Source of the DNA: Pseudidiomarina andamanensis
GTDB taxonomy: Bacteria; Pseudomonadota; Gammaproteobacteria; Enterobacterales; Alteromonadaceae
Direction: 5' to 3'
NCBI RefSeq assembly: GCF_009734345.1
Contig: NZ_CP032551.1
Coordinates: 2,340,001 to 2,372,000, forward strand
DNA length: 32,000 bases
The notes beneath the pieces are model-generated. The model searched no databases and had not been told where the DNA came from. It was given only the letters and a program-made list of their open reading frames with translations. Shown one piece after another: positions 8,358 through 17,142 of the stretch (its first letter is position 1; the number at the start of each line of letters is the position of its first letter). A program made the position numbers and the translations under genes.

Positions 8358-9549
8358 AGCCTATATATTCATTGAAGGCTTAGAAGACGAGCCAGTCATT
8401 TGTGCGAAATTTCGTTACGATATCGCACGCAAAGTCGGGCAGCTGCGTTACGGGAAATCCTATCTATCGCGTGATGATGCCTTTCCGCTCGATCCGATAC
8501 ACCTACCACTTAGCCAAGAAATTTTTACCACCAAACTCAATAAGGGCATCTTCGGGGTGTTAAGCGATGCCGGAGCGGATGCTTGGGGTCGTAAACTGAT
8601 TCTGCAATTGCGTAAAACCAAACCGCAAAACGAACTTGAGTTTTTGATTGCTGGCGCCACTATGGGCGTTGGTGCTATTAGCTTTAGTTTGTCGCGCACC
8701 AAAGCTAAGGCAAAACAATCTCGCAATACGCTGGATGATTTGGACTTACTACTACGTGGGAAAAGAGCCATTCTCAACTCAGAGAATGTCAGTGTCGAGG
8801 TTAAAAAAGCATTCCAGTTCGGTGACTCAATGGGGGGGGCGCGTCCGAAAACCTTGTTAGTTGATAACCATCAAACGTATTTATTGAAGTTTAACCGAGC
8901 CGACGATCTGTATAATGTCGCTCGCGTCGAATACGCCACCATGCAGATGCTAACCGAGCTCGAGGGGGTACGCACTGCGGATGTACGTTTGCTTGAAGGT
9001 GAAGAGGATGCGTTGATGGTGAAGCGTTTCGATAGGCATTTCGACGGTGTTATCGAATCGGTATCGCATCATTTTATCAGTGCAAACGCACTCTTGATGA
9101 ATGACCATGTGAATGAGACAGCGCTGCGAAGTTGGTACTCTTATGGCGCACTGGCCGAGTTATTGCGTAAACACAGTGCTTCGGCCGACGATGCCCCCGA
9201 GTTATTCAAACGTATGGTGTTTAACGTACTGATTGGTAATACCGACGACCATGCTCGAAATCATGCCATGTTGTGGCATTTACAAGAACGGTATTGGCGA
9301 TTAGCACCTGCTTATGATGTGCTTCCGATTAGTAATAGCAAGGAGCATGGATTAGGAATTGGCGATGATGGGCGTGCCGGCACTGTGGGAAACTTAATGT
9401 CGCAGTCACGTCGATTTGGGCTGCAGCCATACAAAGCGCGAGCAGTCATAAACGAAGTACAAGAGCTAATAGCAGAATGGCCAATTTACTTCCGACGCCA
9501 CGGTGTCGGTGATGGCGACATTGAAATCCTCCGTAGCATTATTGCATAA
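8347..9549 (+). CDS. HipA-family serine/threonine kinase toxin (400 aa)
   Basis: It has a HipA N-terminal-like SDAGADAWGRKL motif and a C-terminal catalytic loop LIGNTDDHARNH. The start is placed at the in-frame ATG 8347 (MISEAYIF...). The track ORF start at 8224 would overlap most of the antitoxin gene. Confidence 0.85.
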   Translation: MISEAYIFIEGLEDEPVICAKFRYDIARKVGQLRYGKSYLSRDDAFPLDPIHLPLSQEIFTTKLNKGIFGVLSDAGADAWGRKLILQLRKTKPQNELEFLIAGATMGVGAISFSLSRTKAKAKQSRNTLDDLDLLLRGKRAILNSENVSVEVKKAFQFGDSMGGARPKTLLVDNHQTYLLKFNRADDLYNVARVEYATMQMLTELEGVRTADVRLLEGEEDALMVKRFDRHFDGVIESVSHHFISANALLMNDHVNETALRSWYSYGALAELLRKHSASADDAPELFKRMVFNVLIGNTDDHARNHAMLWHLQERYWRLAPAYDVLPISNSKEHGLGIGDDGRAGTVGNLMSQSRRFGLQPYKARAVINEVQELIAEWPIYFRRHGVGDGDIEILRSIIA

Positions 9550-9555
9550 ACAGGG

Positions 9556-9592
9556 AATAAGAGGGGTGCAGTCCAAGGACTGCACCCCACCT
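9556..9592. repeat. GC-rich palindromic element, copy P2 (between convergent hipA-like and msrA)
   Basis: AATAAGAGGGGTGCAGTCCAAGGACTGCACCCCACCT matches P1 at 36 of 37 nt, in the same orientation. Confidence 0.9.
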
Positions 9593-9596
9593 TTTT
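9561..9596. terminator. Candidate bidirectional intrinsic terminator formed by P2
   Basis: A 12-bp GC-rich stem (GGGGTGCAGTCC/GGACTGCACCCC) is followed by ACC + TTTTT on the plus strand, 12 nt after the hipA-like stop. The msrA stop (9595-9597) abuts it from the other side. The minus-strand T-tract is weaker (CTTATTCC). Confidence 0.55.
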
Positions 9597-10128
9597 AGCC
9601 GTCGAGTTTCTCGGCAAATGTACGTTTAAATTTCGCCAATTTCGGGTGTACTACCGCCTGGCAGTAGGCGTTTTCAGGATTGCGTTCCACGTAATTCTCG
9701 TGATATTCCTCAGCTGGCCAGAATTTCTCCAGCGCCTCAATAGTCGTCACAATCGGCGCATCCCACGTTTGCTCGCGCTCCATTTCAGCAATAATCTCTT
9801 CCGCCAAACGTCTTTGCTCGTCGGTTTGATAGAAAATCGAGGTGCGATATTGCGTACCAATGTCGTTGCCTTGACGGTTCACCTGAGTTGGATCATGCAG
9901 AGCAAAAAAGATCTCATAAATTTCACGTACGCTCAGAGCAACCGGGTCAAACGTAATCTGAATCACTTCAGCGTGACCCGTATCGCCCTTGCACACTTCT
10001 TCGTATGTCGGTTCGGCTTTATGACCACCAGCGTAACCTGACTGAACTTTCAGTACGCCGCGAACCTGCTTAAAGGCGCCTTCAAGACACCAAAAGCAAC
10101 CGCCACCTAATGTAATTTGTTGCGTCAT
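9595..10128 (-). CDS. msrA: Peptide-methionine (S)-S-oxide reductase MsrA
   Basis: MTQQITLGGGCFWCLEGAF contains the MsrA GCFWC active site. The start is at the internal ATG 10128, with a GAGG SD 5 nt upstream (plus-strand cctc at 10134-10137). The 51-aa N-terminal extension in the track ORF is read-through of a palindromic repeat. Confidence 0.9.
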   Translation of the reverse strand: MTQQITLGGGCFWCLEGAFKQVRGVLKVQSGYAGGHKAEPTYEEVCKGDTGHAEVIQITFDPVALSVREIYEIFFALHDPTQVNRQGNDIGTQYRTSIFYQTDEQRRLAEEIIAEMEREQTWDAPIVTTIEALEKFWPAEEYHENYVERNPENAYCQAVVHPKLAKFKRTFAEKLDG

Positions 10129-10195
10129 AACTACCTCATTAATTATATGGACGTCTAGATGCCCACACTTTACGCCCGTTCCACCCAAAGCGCAA

Positions 10196-10232
10196 GAGGA
10201 GGGGGGCAGTCCTTGGACTGCCCCCCTCCTTT
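10196..10232. repeat. GC-rich palindromic element, copy P3 (divergent msrA/ndk spacer)
   Basis: The sequence is GAGGAGGGGGGCAGTCCTTGGACTGCCCCCCTCCTTT. A perfect 16-bp inverted repeat (10197-10212 with 10215-10230) surrounds TT. The core has T-to-G and A-to-C compensatory changes relative to P1 and P2. Confidence 0.88.
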
Positions 10233-10258
10233 CGCTTGTCATAGGTTTTATGTATAAT
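10231..10258 (+). promoter_or_regulatory. Candidate promoter of ndk
   Basis: TATAAT (10253-10258) is followed by the GC-rich discriminator CCGCGCG. A weak -35, TTCGCT (10231-10236), sits 16 nt upstream. The 13-nt string GTATAATCCGCGC is identical to the suhB promoter. Confidence 0.5.
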
Positions 10259-10314
10259 CCGCGCGACTTAAACTTAGGCAACCTTTAACTTTAAAAACTC
10301 GATTGGAGAAAATC

Positions 10315-10746
10315 ATGGCTTTAGAGCGCACTTTATCAATCATCAAGCCAGACGCAGTTGGCAAAAACGTCATTGGCGCTATCTACAACCGCTTCGAAAC
10401 TGCGGGTTTCCGTATTGTTGCAGCGAAAATGATGCACTTGAGCACCGAGCAAGCAGAAGGCTTCTACGCTGAACACAAAGAGCGTCCATTCTTCCGCGCA
10501 TTGGTTGACTTCATGACTTCTGGCCCAATCATGGTGCAAGTATTGGAAGGCGAAGACGCAGTAAAACGTCACCGCGACATCATGGGTGCAACTAACCCAA
10601 CTGACGCATTGGCAGGAACTTTGCGCGCAGACTATGCTGTATCTATTGATGAGAATGCAGTTCACGGTTCTGACGCGTTAGAATCAGCGGCTCGCGAAAT
10701 TGCATACTTCTTCACTGAAGAAGAACTCTGCGCCCGCACCCGCTAA
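10315..10746 (+). CDS. ndk: Nucleoside diphosphate kinase
   Basis: [15 protein letters not shown]...NAVHGSD is canonical Ndk. The start is at ATG 10315 (GGAGAA SD at 10305-10310), not the track's TTG 10303. Confidence 0.95.
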   Translation: MALERTLSIIKPDAVGKNVIGAIYNRFETAGFRIVAAKMMHLSTEQAEGFYAEHKERPFFRALVDFMTSGPIMVQVLEGEDAVKRHRDIMGATNPTDALAGTLRADYAVSIDENAVHGSDALESAAREIAYFFTEEELCARTR

Positions 10747-10750
10747 AAGC

Positions 10751-10853
10751 AAAAGCGTTACTCGTTATTCGTTAGTCGAGCGCTTCGCTTGTCGTTAAGC
10801 CCGACTACGAATAACGAATAACCAATAACGAATAACCAGTAACGAACAACGCC
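10751..10853. repeat. Heptamer-array palindromic element, copy E (ndk-rlmN spacer)
   Basis: The left arm is AAAAGCGTTACTCGTTATTCGTTAGTCGAG (10751-10780). The right arm is CGACTACGAATAACGAATAACCAATAACGAATAACCAGTAACGAACAACGC (10802-10852). Confidence 0.88.
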
Positions 10854-10866
10854 GTTAAGGTTTTAT

Positions 10867-12000
10867 ATGAATGCTGTAGACAAAAAAGTGAACTTACTCG
10901 ACTTGAACCGCGAAGGTATGCGCGCGTTCTTCAAAGAGTTGGGTGAAAAACCATTTCGCGCCGACCAGGTCATGAAGTGGGTTTATCACTATTGCGTCGA
11001 CGACTTCGATCAAATGACCAACCTCAACAAGGTCTTACGAGAGAAGCTCAAGCAGGTGGCCGAGATTCGGGCGCCTGAAGTGCGTATGCAACAGCAATCA
11101 TCAGACGGCACCATTAAGTTCGCAATGACCTTATTCGATGGTCAGGATGTGGAAACCGTATGGATTCCAGATCGTGATCGTGCCACCTTATGCGTGAGCT
11201 CGCAGGTGGGTTGTGCACTGGAGTGCACGTTCTGTTCAACCGCGCAGCAAGGCTTTAACCGCAACCTCAAGGTTGCGGAAATTATCGGCCAAGTATGGCG
11301 CGTGAACAAATTGCTCGGCGCCTTTGGCGACACCGGCGTGAAAGCCGTTACCAACGTGGTGATGATGGGCATGGGCGAACCGTTGCTCAACCTGAACAAC
11401 GTGGTACCAGCAATGGATCTGATGCTAGATGACAATGCCTTTGGTTTATCCAAACGTCGCGTCACGCTCAGCACCTCAGGCGTTGTACCGGCGCTTTACA
11501 AGCTGAAAGAAGAAATTGATGTTGCCCTCGCCATTTCACTTCACGCGCCGAACGATGAGTTGCGTAATGAAATTGTGCCAATCAATAAGAAGTACAACAT
11601 TCAAGAATTCTTAAAAGCGAGCCGCGATTATATCGACGGCAGCAAAGCCAATAAAAACATCACCATTGAGTACGTGATGCTTGATCATATCAATGACTCA
11701 ATGGAACAAGCCGCCGAACTTGCAGAGCTTCTCAAAGATACGCCGTGCAAGATCAACCTCATTCCGTTTAATCCATTCCCAGGTTCAGACTATGGTCGTT
11801 CGAGCAATTCACGCATCGACCGATTCGCCAAAGTGCTGATGGAAAAAGGCTACATTGTGGTGGTTCGACGCACTCGTGGTGACGACATTGACGCCGCATG
11901 CGGTCAGCTGGTGGGGGATGTCATTGACCGTACCAAGCGCATTCTGAAGAAGCAGCAAGCACAGCGCGGTGGTGATGGAATTCAAGTGAAAGCGGTTTAA
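10867..12000 (+). CDS. rlmN: 23S rRNA/tRNA m2A methyltransferase RlmN (radical SAM)
   Basis: It has the radical-SAM motif CALECTFC, an RlmN-type N-terminus ([12 protein letters not shown]) and a C-terminal DIDAACGQL. The ndk-rlmN synteny supports the call. Confidence 0.93.
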   Translation: MNAVDKKVNLLDLNREGMRAFFKELGEKPFRADQVMKWVYHYCVDDFDQMTNLNKVLREKLKQVAEIRAPEVRMQQQSSDGTIKFAMTLFDGQDVETVWIPDRDRATLCVSSQVGCALECTFCSTAQQGFNRNLKVAEIIGQVWRVNKLLGAFGDTGVKAVTNVVMMGMGEPLLNLNNVVPAMDLMLDDNAFGLSKRRVTLSTSGVVPALYKLKEEIDVALAISLHAPNDELRNEIVPINKKYNIQEFLKASRDYIDGSKANKNITIEYVMLDHINDSMEQAAELAELLKDTPCKINLIPFNPFPGSDYGRSSNSRIDRFAKVLMEKGYIVVVRRTRGDDIDAACGQLVGDVIDRTKRILKKQQAQRGGDGIQVKAV

Positions 12001-12108
12001 TCGCACTCAAAATCCCTACTTAAGACAAACTTAACACGGCTTTGACGCCGCATCGCTTGATCTACCGCTGATAAAGGTTAAGATAGCTTTCTTTACAGGG
12101 GGATTTTC

Positions 12109-12876
12109 ATGCGGATACTATTGCTTGTGCTGTTTACCGCGCTCGTCACGACTGGGTGTGTCAGTCAGCGCACGGTTGATGGTAAGCAACAACCTGCTCA
12201 ACAATTCAATGCACAAGAGGCGGCGCGTACGCGGCTTGCCTTGGGTTTGCAGTATTTACGCAGTGGTAACTTCGAGCAAGCGAAAGCAAATTTAGAGCGC
12301 GCTCGCGAATATACTCCCGAAAATGCCGACGTCTACACTGGCCTTGCTTACTACTATCAGCAAGTTCGCGATTTCAAAAGCGCCGAAGCGCACTACCGAA
12401 AAGCCATTGATTTAAAACCCAAAGATGGCGATAACTATAACAATCTCGGCGTGCTACTGTGTGGTCAGCAACGCTATAATGACGCCGACCAAATGTTCCG
12501 CAAGGCGGTTGCGCAACCTGGTTACGTGAAAGTTGCCAGCACTTATGAAAATGCCGCGCGCTGTGCAGCCGAGCAGGGTGACCTAGCAAACGCTGATCGC
12601 TATTACGAATTGGCGTTGAACCACAGTGGTGGCGGCGTCAACATACTTGAAAATTACGCCTCCTTGTTAATGCAGCAAAAACGCTACGACAAGGCAGCAA
12701 CCATGATAGAACGCCGCAGTAATTACCCCCAATTATCGGCGCAATACTTGTGGTTAGAAGTGCAGTTAGCCCATGCCCAGAACCAGAAGAATAAACGGCA
12801 GCAATTTGGCGATCTGCTGGTACAGCGCTTTCCTGCATCGCAGCAAGCGACTGATTATCTCAAACTTATCAAATAG
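12109..12876 (+). CDS. pilW: Type IV pilus biogenesis/stability TPR lipoprotein PilW (PilF-like)
   Basis: It has a signal peptide with a lipobox-like TTGC and TPR repeats. It sits in the conserved slot between rlmN and rodZ. Confidence 0.75.
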   Translation: MRILLLVLFTALVTTGCVSQRTVDGKQQPAQQFNAQEAARTRLALGLQYLRSGNFEQAKANLERAREYTPENADVYTGLAYYYQQVRDFKSAEAHYRKAIDLKPKDGDNYNNLGVLLCGQQRYNDADQMFRKAVAQPGYVKVASTYENAARCAAEQGDLANADRYYELALNHSGGGVNILENYASLLMQQKRYDKAATMIERRSNYPQLSAQYLWLEVQLAHAQNQKNKRQQFGDLLVQRFPASQQATDYLKLIK

Positions 12877-12885
12877 CGATACCCC

Positions 12886-13968
12886 ATGGCACAAGATAAA
12901 GACTTATTTGAAGAAAATGCAGAGCCGGCTGAGCCACAGCCAGAGCCGTATACTGGCGAAACGCCCGGTCAAATTTTTCGCGAAGCACGTGAAGCAAAAG
13001 GCTTAAGTACGCAACAGGTAGCAGATAACTTACGCCTGCGTAAGGTTGTTGTTGAATACATGGAAGCCGATGATTACGACCAGTTATCGTCGCCAACCTA
13101 CGTGCGTGGTTATTTGCGCTCGCTCAGTAAAGCGCTTGAAGTTGACGAAGCACGAGTGTTTGAAGCCTACAGAAAAATGGGCTTCGGCCAGGTGGTGCCA
13201 AGCACTATCACTATGCAGAGTTTCTCGAAGCGCAAAGTACGCGAACGCAACGATAACCGCTTGATGCTAATTAGCTACTTAATTATTGCCGTTGTCATTG
13301 CGATGGCCGTGGTGTGGTGGTGGCAAGATAGCAATGCTGGCAATATGTTTGCAGACGGCAACGGCAATAACGGTGCCAGCCAACAAATCACCGAACGTCA
13401 GCCAACGCGTCGAACCGAAACGCAAGTGCGCGAGCAGTTGCAAAGCTCGAACAACACGATGCAATCGAACACCGTGGATGATAGCGGAAATGATTCAGGC
13501 ACTACCTCAGGCAGCGTTGACGCAACCGAAACAACAGCCGACAACGCCAGCAAGAACACCAGCAGCCCGATTGTAACGGGCGCAGATAACTCGCAAGAAT
13601 CGCCCGTTGTCACCGAAGAGCCAGAGCCAACTACCCGCACCGACAGTCGCTCGGCTAGTACCGATAATAATCAGGTTGTTGCCGACACCAGCCGTGAAGC
13701 CCCAACCGTTACTGAACCTGTCGCCGCCAACCAAGCGAGTCTCGTCATGGAATTCAGTGGCGCTTGCTGGATCAAAGTCACTGATGGCACCGGCACCGAT
13801 ATCGCCATTGGCGTCAAAGAAGCGGGTTACAGAATGCCGCTGACGGGCGAGCCGCCATTTGATATCATTTTATGCAAGCCAGAATTCGTCGAATTGACGT
13901 ATAATGGAGAACCGGTTGATTTGAGCAATTATCGCCGCAACCGCAGCGTAACCATGACCTTGAACTGA
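12886..13968 (+). CDS. rodZ: Cytoskeleton protein RodZ
   Basis: Architecture: N-terminal XRE-type HTH (GQIFREAREAKGLSTQQVADNL), one TM helix (LISYLIIAVVIAMAVVWWW), a low-complexity S/T/N/D linker and a conserved C-terminal domain. The rodZ-ispG synteny supports the call. Confidence 0.85.
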   Translation: MAQDKDLFEENAEPAEPQPEPYTGETPGQIFREAREAKGLSTQQVADNLRLRKVVVEYMEADDYDQLSSPTYVRGYLRSLSKALEVDEARVFEAYRKMGFGQVVPSTITMQSFSKRKVRERNDNRLMLISYLIIAVVIAMAVVWWWQDSNAGNMFADGNGNNGASQQITERQPTRRTETQVREQLQSSNNTMQSNTVDDSGNDSGTTSGSVDATETTADNASKNTSSPIVTGADNSQESPVVTEEPEPTTRTDSRSASTDNNQVVADTSREAPTVTEPVAANQASLVMEFSGACWIKVTDGTGTDIAIGVKEAGYRMPLTGEPPFDIILCKPEFVELTYNGEPVDLSNYRRNRSVTMTLN

Positions 13969-13970
13969 TA

Positions 13971-14056
13971 AAAGCGTTAATGGTTATTCGTTATTGGTTA
14001 CTCGAAAAAATTAAAACCAACCACGAATAACGATTAACGAATAACGAGTAACGAAT
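13971..14056. repeat. Heptamer-array palindromic element, copy F (rodZ-ispG spacer)
   Basis: The left arm is AAAGCGTTAATGGTTATTCGTTATTGGTTACTCGAA (13971-14006). The right arm is CACGAATAACGATTAACGAATAACGAGTAACGAA (14022-14055). It ends 3 nt before the ispG ATG. Confidence 0.88.
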
Positions 14057-14058
14057 TT

Positions 14059-15168
14059 ATGCATTTAAACCCCATCAAACGTCGACCTTCTCGCCGTATC
14101 TACGTAGGTAACGTGCCGATTGGTGATAGCGCACCGATAGCCGTGCAATCGATGACCAACACCGAGACCACTGACGTGGCCGCCACGGTGAAACAGATTC
14201 AAGCCATTGCCAATGCCGGTGCTGACTTGGTGCGGGTGAGTGTGCCGACGATGGATGCCGCCGAAGCATTCAAATTCATCAAGCAGCAAAGTCCAATTCC
14301 ACTGGTGGCCGATATTCACTTTGACTATCGCATTGCCTTGAAAGTAGCGGAATACGGTGTCGACTGCCTGCGAATTAACCCAGGCAACATCGGTAACGAG
14401 CAACGTATTCGTGCAGTGGTTGATGCTGCGCGTGATCGTGGTATTCCTATTCGTATTGGAGTCAATGGCGGCTCGCTTGAAAAAGATTTGCAAGAAAAAT
14501 ACGGCGAGCCTACACCAGCCGCATTGGTTGAATCTGCCATGCGTCATGTGGATATTCTTGACCGCCTAAATTTCCATGACTTCAAAGTGAGCGTGAAAGC
14601 TTCCGATGTATTCTTGGCGGTTGAATCGTACCGTTTACTGGCGAAACAAATCGAACAACCATTGCACTTAGGTATCACTGAAGCAGGTGGCTTACGTAGT
14701 GGCTCAGTAAAATCATCGATTGGCCTTGGCATGCTGTTAGCCGAAGGTATTGGCGATACGTTGCGTATTTCACTGGCAGCCGACCCAGTGGAAGAAGTGA
14801 AAGTTGGCTTTGATATTTTAAAATCACTGCGTATTCGCAGCCGCGGCATCAATTTTATCGCTTGCCCAAGCTGTTCCCGCCAAGAATTTGACGTGATTGG
14901 TACCGTGAATGCGCTCGAGCAACGCCTTGAAGACATCACTACACCAATGGACGTGTCGATTATCGGTTGTGTGGTAAACGGCCCAGGCGAAGCTTTAATT
15001 TCTCATGTTGGCTTGGCTGGCGCGAAGAACAAAAGTGGTTTTTACCTCAATGGCGAGCGCCAAAAAGACCGTCTCGACAACGCCGATTTGGTCGATGAGC
15101 TCGAAAAACGTATCCGCGACCAAGTAAAACGTCTAGAAGCTGAACAGATTCCCGTGAAGCAAGCGTAA
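14059..15168 (+). CDS. ispG: 4-hydroxy-3-methylbut-2-en-1-yl diphosphate synthase IspG
   Basis: [24 protein letters not shown] is nearly identical to E. coli IspG. Cluster cysteines are present ([15 protein letters not shown]). Confidence 0.95.
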   Translation: MHLNPIKRRPSRRIYVGNVPIGDSAPIAVQSMTNTETTDVAATVKQIQAIANAGADLVRVSVPTMDAAEAFKFIKQQSPIPLVADIHFDYRIALKVAEYGVDCLRINPGNIGNEQRIRAVVDAARDRGIPIRIGVNGGSLEKDLQEKYGEPTPAALVESAMRHVDILDRLNFHDFKVSVKASDVFLAVESYRLLAKQIEQPLHLGITEAGGLRSGSVKSSIGLGMLLAEGIGDTLRISLAADPVEEVKVGFDILKSLRIRSRGINFIACPSCSRQEFDVIGTVNALEQRLEDITTPMDVSIIGCVVNGPGEALISHVGLAGAKNKSGFYLNGERQKDRLDNADLVDELEKRIRDQVKRLEAEQIPVKQA

Positions 15169-15245
15169 AGCTGCGGTATACTATGCGCCATTTTTCGTAA
15201 TAAATTTCCGTCTTAAGTAGACCCTAAGCAGAAAAGAACTCGAAC

Positions 15246-16496
15246 GTGGCAAAAAATATACAAGCAATTCGCGGCATGAACGACATCCTGCCGAATCAAA
15301 CCCCAGCGTGGCAATACGTTGAAGGTGTGATTCGTCAGGTGGCAGCCCAATATACCTACCAAGAAATTCGCATGCCGGTACTCGAAAGCACCGACCTGTT
15401 CAAGCGCTCCATTGGTGAAGTGACCGATATCGTCGAAAAAGAGATGTACACTTTCGATGATCGCAACGGTGACAGCTTAACCTTGCGCCCGGAAGGCACC
15501 GCCAGCTGTGTGCGCGCCGGTAACGAGCACGGCTTGCTATATAACCAAACCCAGCGTTTATGGTACTTGGGTCCAATGTTCCGTCATGAACGCCCGCAAA
15601 AAGGTCGCTATCGCCAGTTTCATCAGTTTGGTATTGAGGCGTTTGGTATGGATACACCAGACATTGATGCTGAAGTGATTTTGCTGTCAGCTCGTTTGTG
15701 GCAGGCATTTGGTATTAGCGAACAAGTCGAATTACAACTCAATTCATTAGCATCGAACGAAGCGCGGGCGCGATATCGTGACGCGTTACGTGAATTTTTG
15801 CGTGCTCATGAAGATAAGCTGGACGAAGACTCCAAGCGTCGTTTAGATACCAACGTGTTGCGTGTGCTCGATAGCAAATCGCCGGAAACCCAAGCGGTAC
15901 TTGCTGATGCACCAAAGTTATCGGAATATTGGGACGACGAATCGCGCGAGCATTTTAATGGCTTATGCAAACGTCTCGATGCGGCGGGTATTAAGTACGT
16001 ATTGAACGAACGTTTAGTCCGTGGTCTCGATTACTACAACCGTACCGTGTTTGAGTGGGTCACCACTGAACTTGGCGCGCAAGGCACGGTTTGTGCCGGT
16101 GGCCGATACGACGGTTTGGTTGAGCAGCTTGGCGGTAAACCAACGCCAGCTGTAGGCTTTGCTATGGGCATGGAACGCTTGGTCTTGTTGTTGGAGTCGC
16201 AAGGCAAAATTCCACCAGAGCAAGCTATTGATATTTACGTGATTGCAGCAACTGAAGCGGCGGAACTAATCGCCCCAGCCGTTGCCGAACAAATTCGAAG
16301 TGCCAAGCCGCAACTCAAAGTACAATTGCACAGCGGCACCCAGAACATGAAGAAGAAGTTGGCAAAAGCTGACAAGTCAGGCGCCACCTACGCCTTGCTT
16401 GTCCGCGACACCGATTTCGAACTAAAGCACCTGCGCGACCGCACCACCGACGCTATTGTGCTTAACAGCATCGACGAGCTATCGTTTCACGAATAA
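15246..16496 (+). CDS. hisS: Histidine--tRNA ligase
   Basis: It uses a GTG start. [40 protein letters not shown] and GGGRYDGL-like motifs are present. The last codons and stop (CAC GAA TAA) fall within a half heptamer element. Confidence 0.95.
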   Translation: MAKNIQAIRGMNDILPNQTPAWQYVEGVIRQVAAQYTYQEIRMPVLESTDLFKRSIGEVTDIVEKEMYTFDDRNGDSLTLRPEGTASCVRAGNEHGLLYNQTQRLWYLGPMFRHERPQKGRYRQFHQFGIEAFGMDTPDIDAEVILLSARLWQAFGISEQVELQLNSLASNEARARYRDALREFLRAHEDKLDEDSKRRLDTNVLRVLDSKSPETQAVLADAPKLSEYWDDESREHFNGLCKRLDAAGIKYVLNERLVRGLDYYNRTVFEWVTTELGAQGTVCAGGRYDGLVEQLGGKPTPAVGFAMGMERLVLLLESQGKIPPEQAIDIYVIAATEAAELIAPAVAEQIRSAKPQLKVQLHSGTQNMKKKLAKADKSGATYALLVRDTDFELKHLRDRTTDAIVLNSIDELSFHE

Positions 16497-16517
16497 CGAT
16501 TAACGAACAACGAATAA
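16488..16517. repeat. Heptamer-array element, solo right arm (hisS 3' end to the yfgM spacer)
   Basis: CACGAATAACGATTAACGAACAACGAATAA is almost identical to the right arms at 14022 and 5658. I could not find a matching left arm upstream. It includes the hisS stop codon. Confidence 0.75.
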
Positions 16518-16536
16518 TGCATTTGAGGTTTTAAAA

Positions 16537-17142
16537 ATGGAAACTGAAGAACAACAAGTCGAACGAATTAAACAGTTTTGGAACGAACACGGCAAAGGCA
16601 TCGTTGCCGGCCTCGTCGTTGGTTTTGCGCTTTTCTACGGCTGGCGCTACTACGACGCCCAAGTGCGCGCTGACCAAGAAGCAGCTTCTGAAAAGTTCGA
16701 AAGCATTCTCGTACAACTTGAAGCCAATCAAGAAAATAGTACTGCTGCGGCACAAGAGTTTGTTAGCTCAAGCGACAGCACCTATGCGCTTTTAGCTGCA
16801 TTGGAACTTGCTAAACATGCTGTAGAAAGCAACGACTACGCGACTGCAGTCAGCGCATTACAAACCGTACGCGACAACGCGCAACCGGCTTTACGTGCTG
16901 TGGCAGATATTCGTCAAGCACGTATCTTGCTGGCACAAGAGCAATACGACGCCGCGTTAGCTGCTGCAGAAGCCGCCGCAACCGTTGAAGCATTTAAAGC
17001 ACAAGCTGCTGAGCTGAAAGGCGACATCTTGTTAGCTCAAGGCGATAACGCCGGTGCACGTGCAGCCTATCAAGCCGCTCTCGACGCTGGTGCACAAGGC
17101 ATCGCCGAGATCAAACTCAACAGCATTGTGGCGGGTTCATGA
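16537..17142 (+). CDS. yfgM: YfgM-family membrane-anchored TPR-like protein (ancillary SecYEG-associated)
   Basis: It has an N-terminal TM segment (GIVAGLVVGFALFYGW) followed by an Ala-rich helical domain. It sits in the conserved slot between hisS and bamB, and its stop overlaps the bamB start. Confidence 0.75.
   Translation: METEEQQVERIKQFWNEHGKGIVAGLVVGFALFYGWRYYDAQVRADQEAASEKFESILVQLEANQENSTAAAQEFVSSSDSTYALLAALELAKHAVESNDYATAVSALQTVRDNAQPALRAVADIRQARILLAQEQYDAALAAAEAAATVEAFKAQAAELKGDILLAQGDNAGARAAYQAALDAGAQGIAEIKLNSIVAGS

Noticed and set aside
7956-9594. I considered calling the hipBA region a genomic island or mobile element.
   Set aside because: I could see no integrase, transposase, tRNA attachment site or terminal inverted repeats of an IS. 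Only the flanking palindromic repeats are present. I therefore reported it as a finding, not as a mobile_element feature.
10129-10281. A 51-aa N-terminal extension of msrA appears in the ORF track (start at 10281).
   Set aside because: The extension reads through palindromic copy P3 (ERRGAVQGLPPSS) and the ndk promoter region. The MsrA homology and a good SD begin at ATG 10128.
12001-12108. Possible pilW promoter (TTGATC, 16-nt spacer, TAAGAT around 12057-12084) and possible small RNA in the rlmN-pilW spacer.
   Set aside because: The hexamers are only moderate matches. No hairpin, terminator or conserved repeat is present. There is not enough evidence to annotate.
14065-14547. A 160-aa minus-strand ORF runs antisense to ispG.
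   Set aside because: It is embedded in the highly conserved ispG CDS and has no recognisable domain or SD. It is a shadow ORF.
294-16517. I asked whether the recurring heptamer-rich repeats could be a CRISPR array or a degenerate one.
   Set aside because: The copies are kilobases apart and separated by housekeeping genes. Each locus is an inverted repeat, not direct repeats with unique spacers. No cas genes are present.
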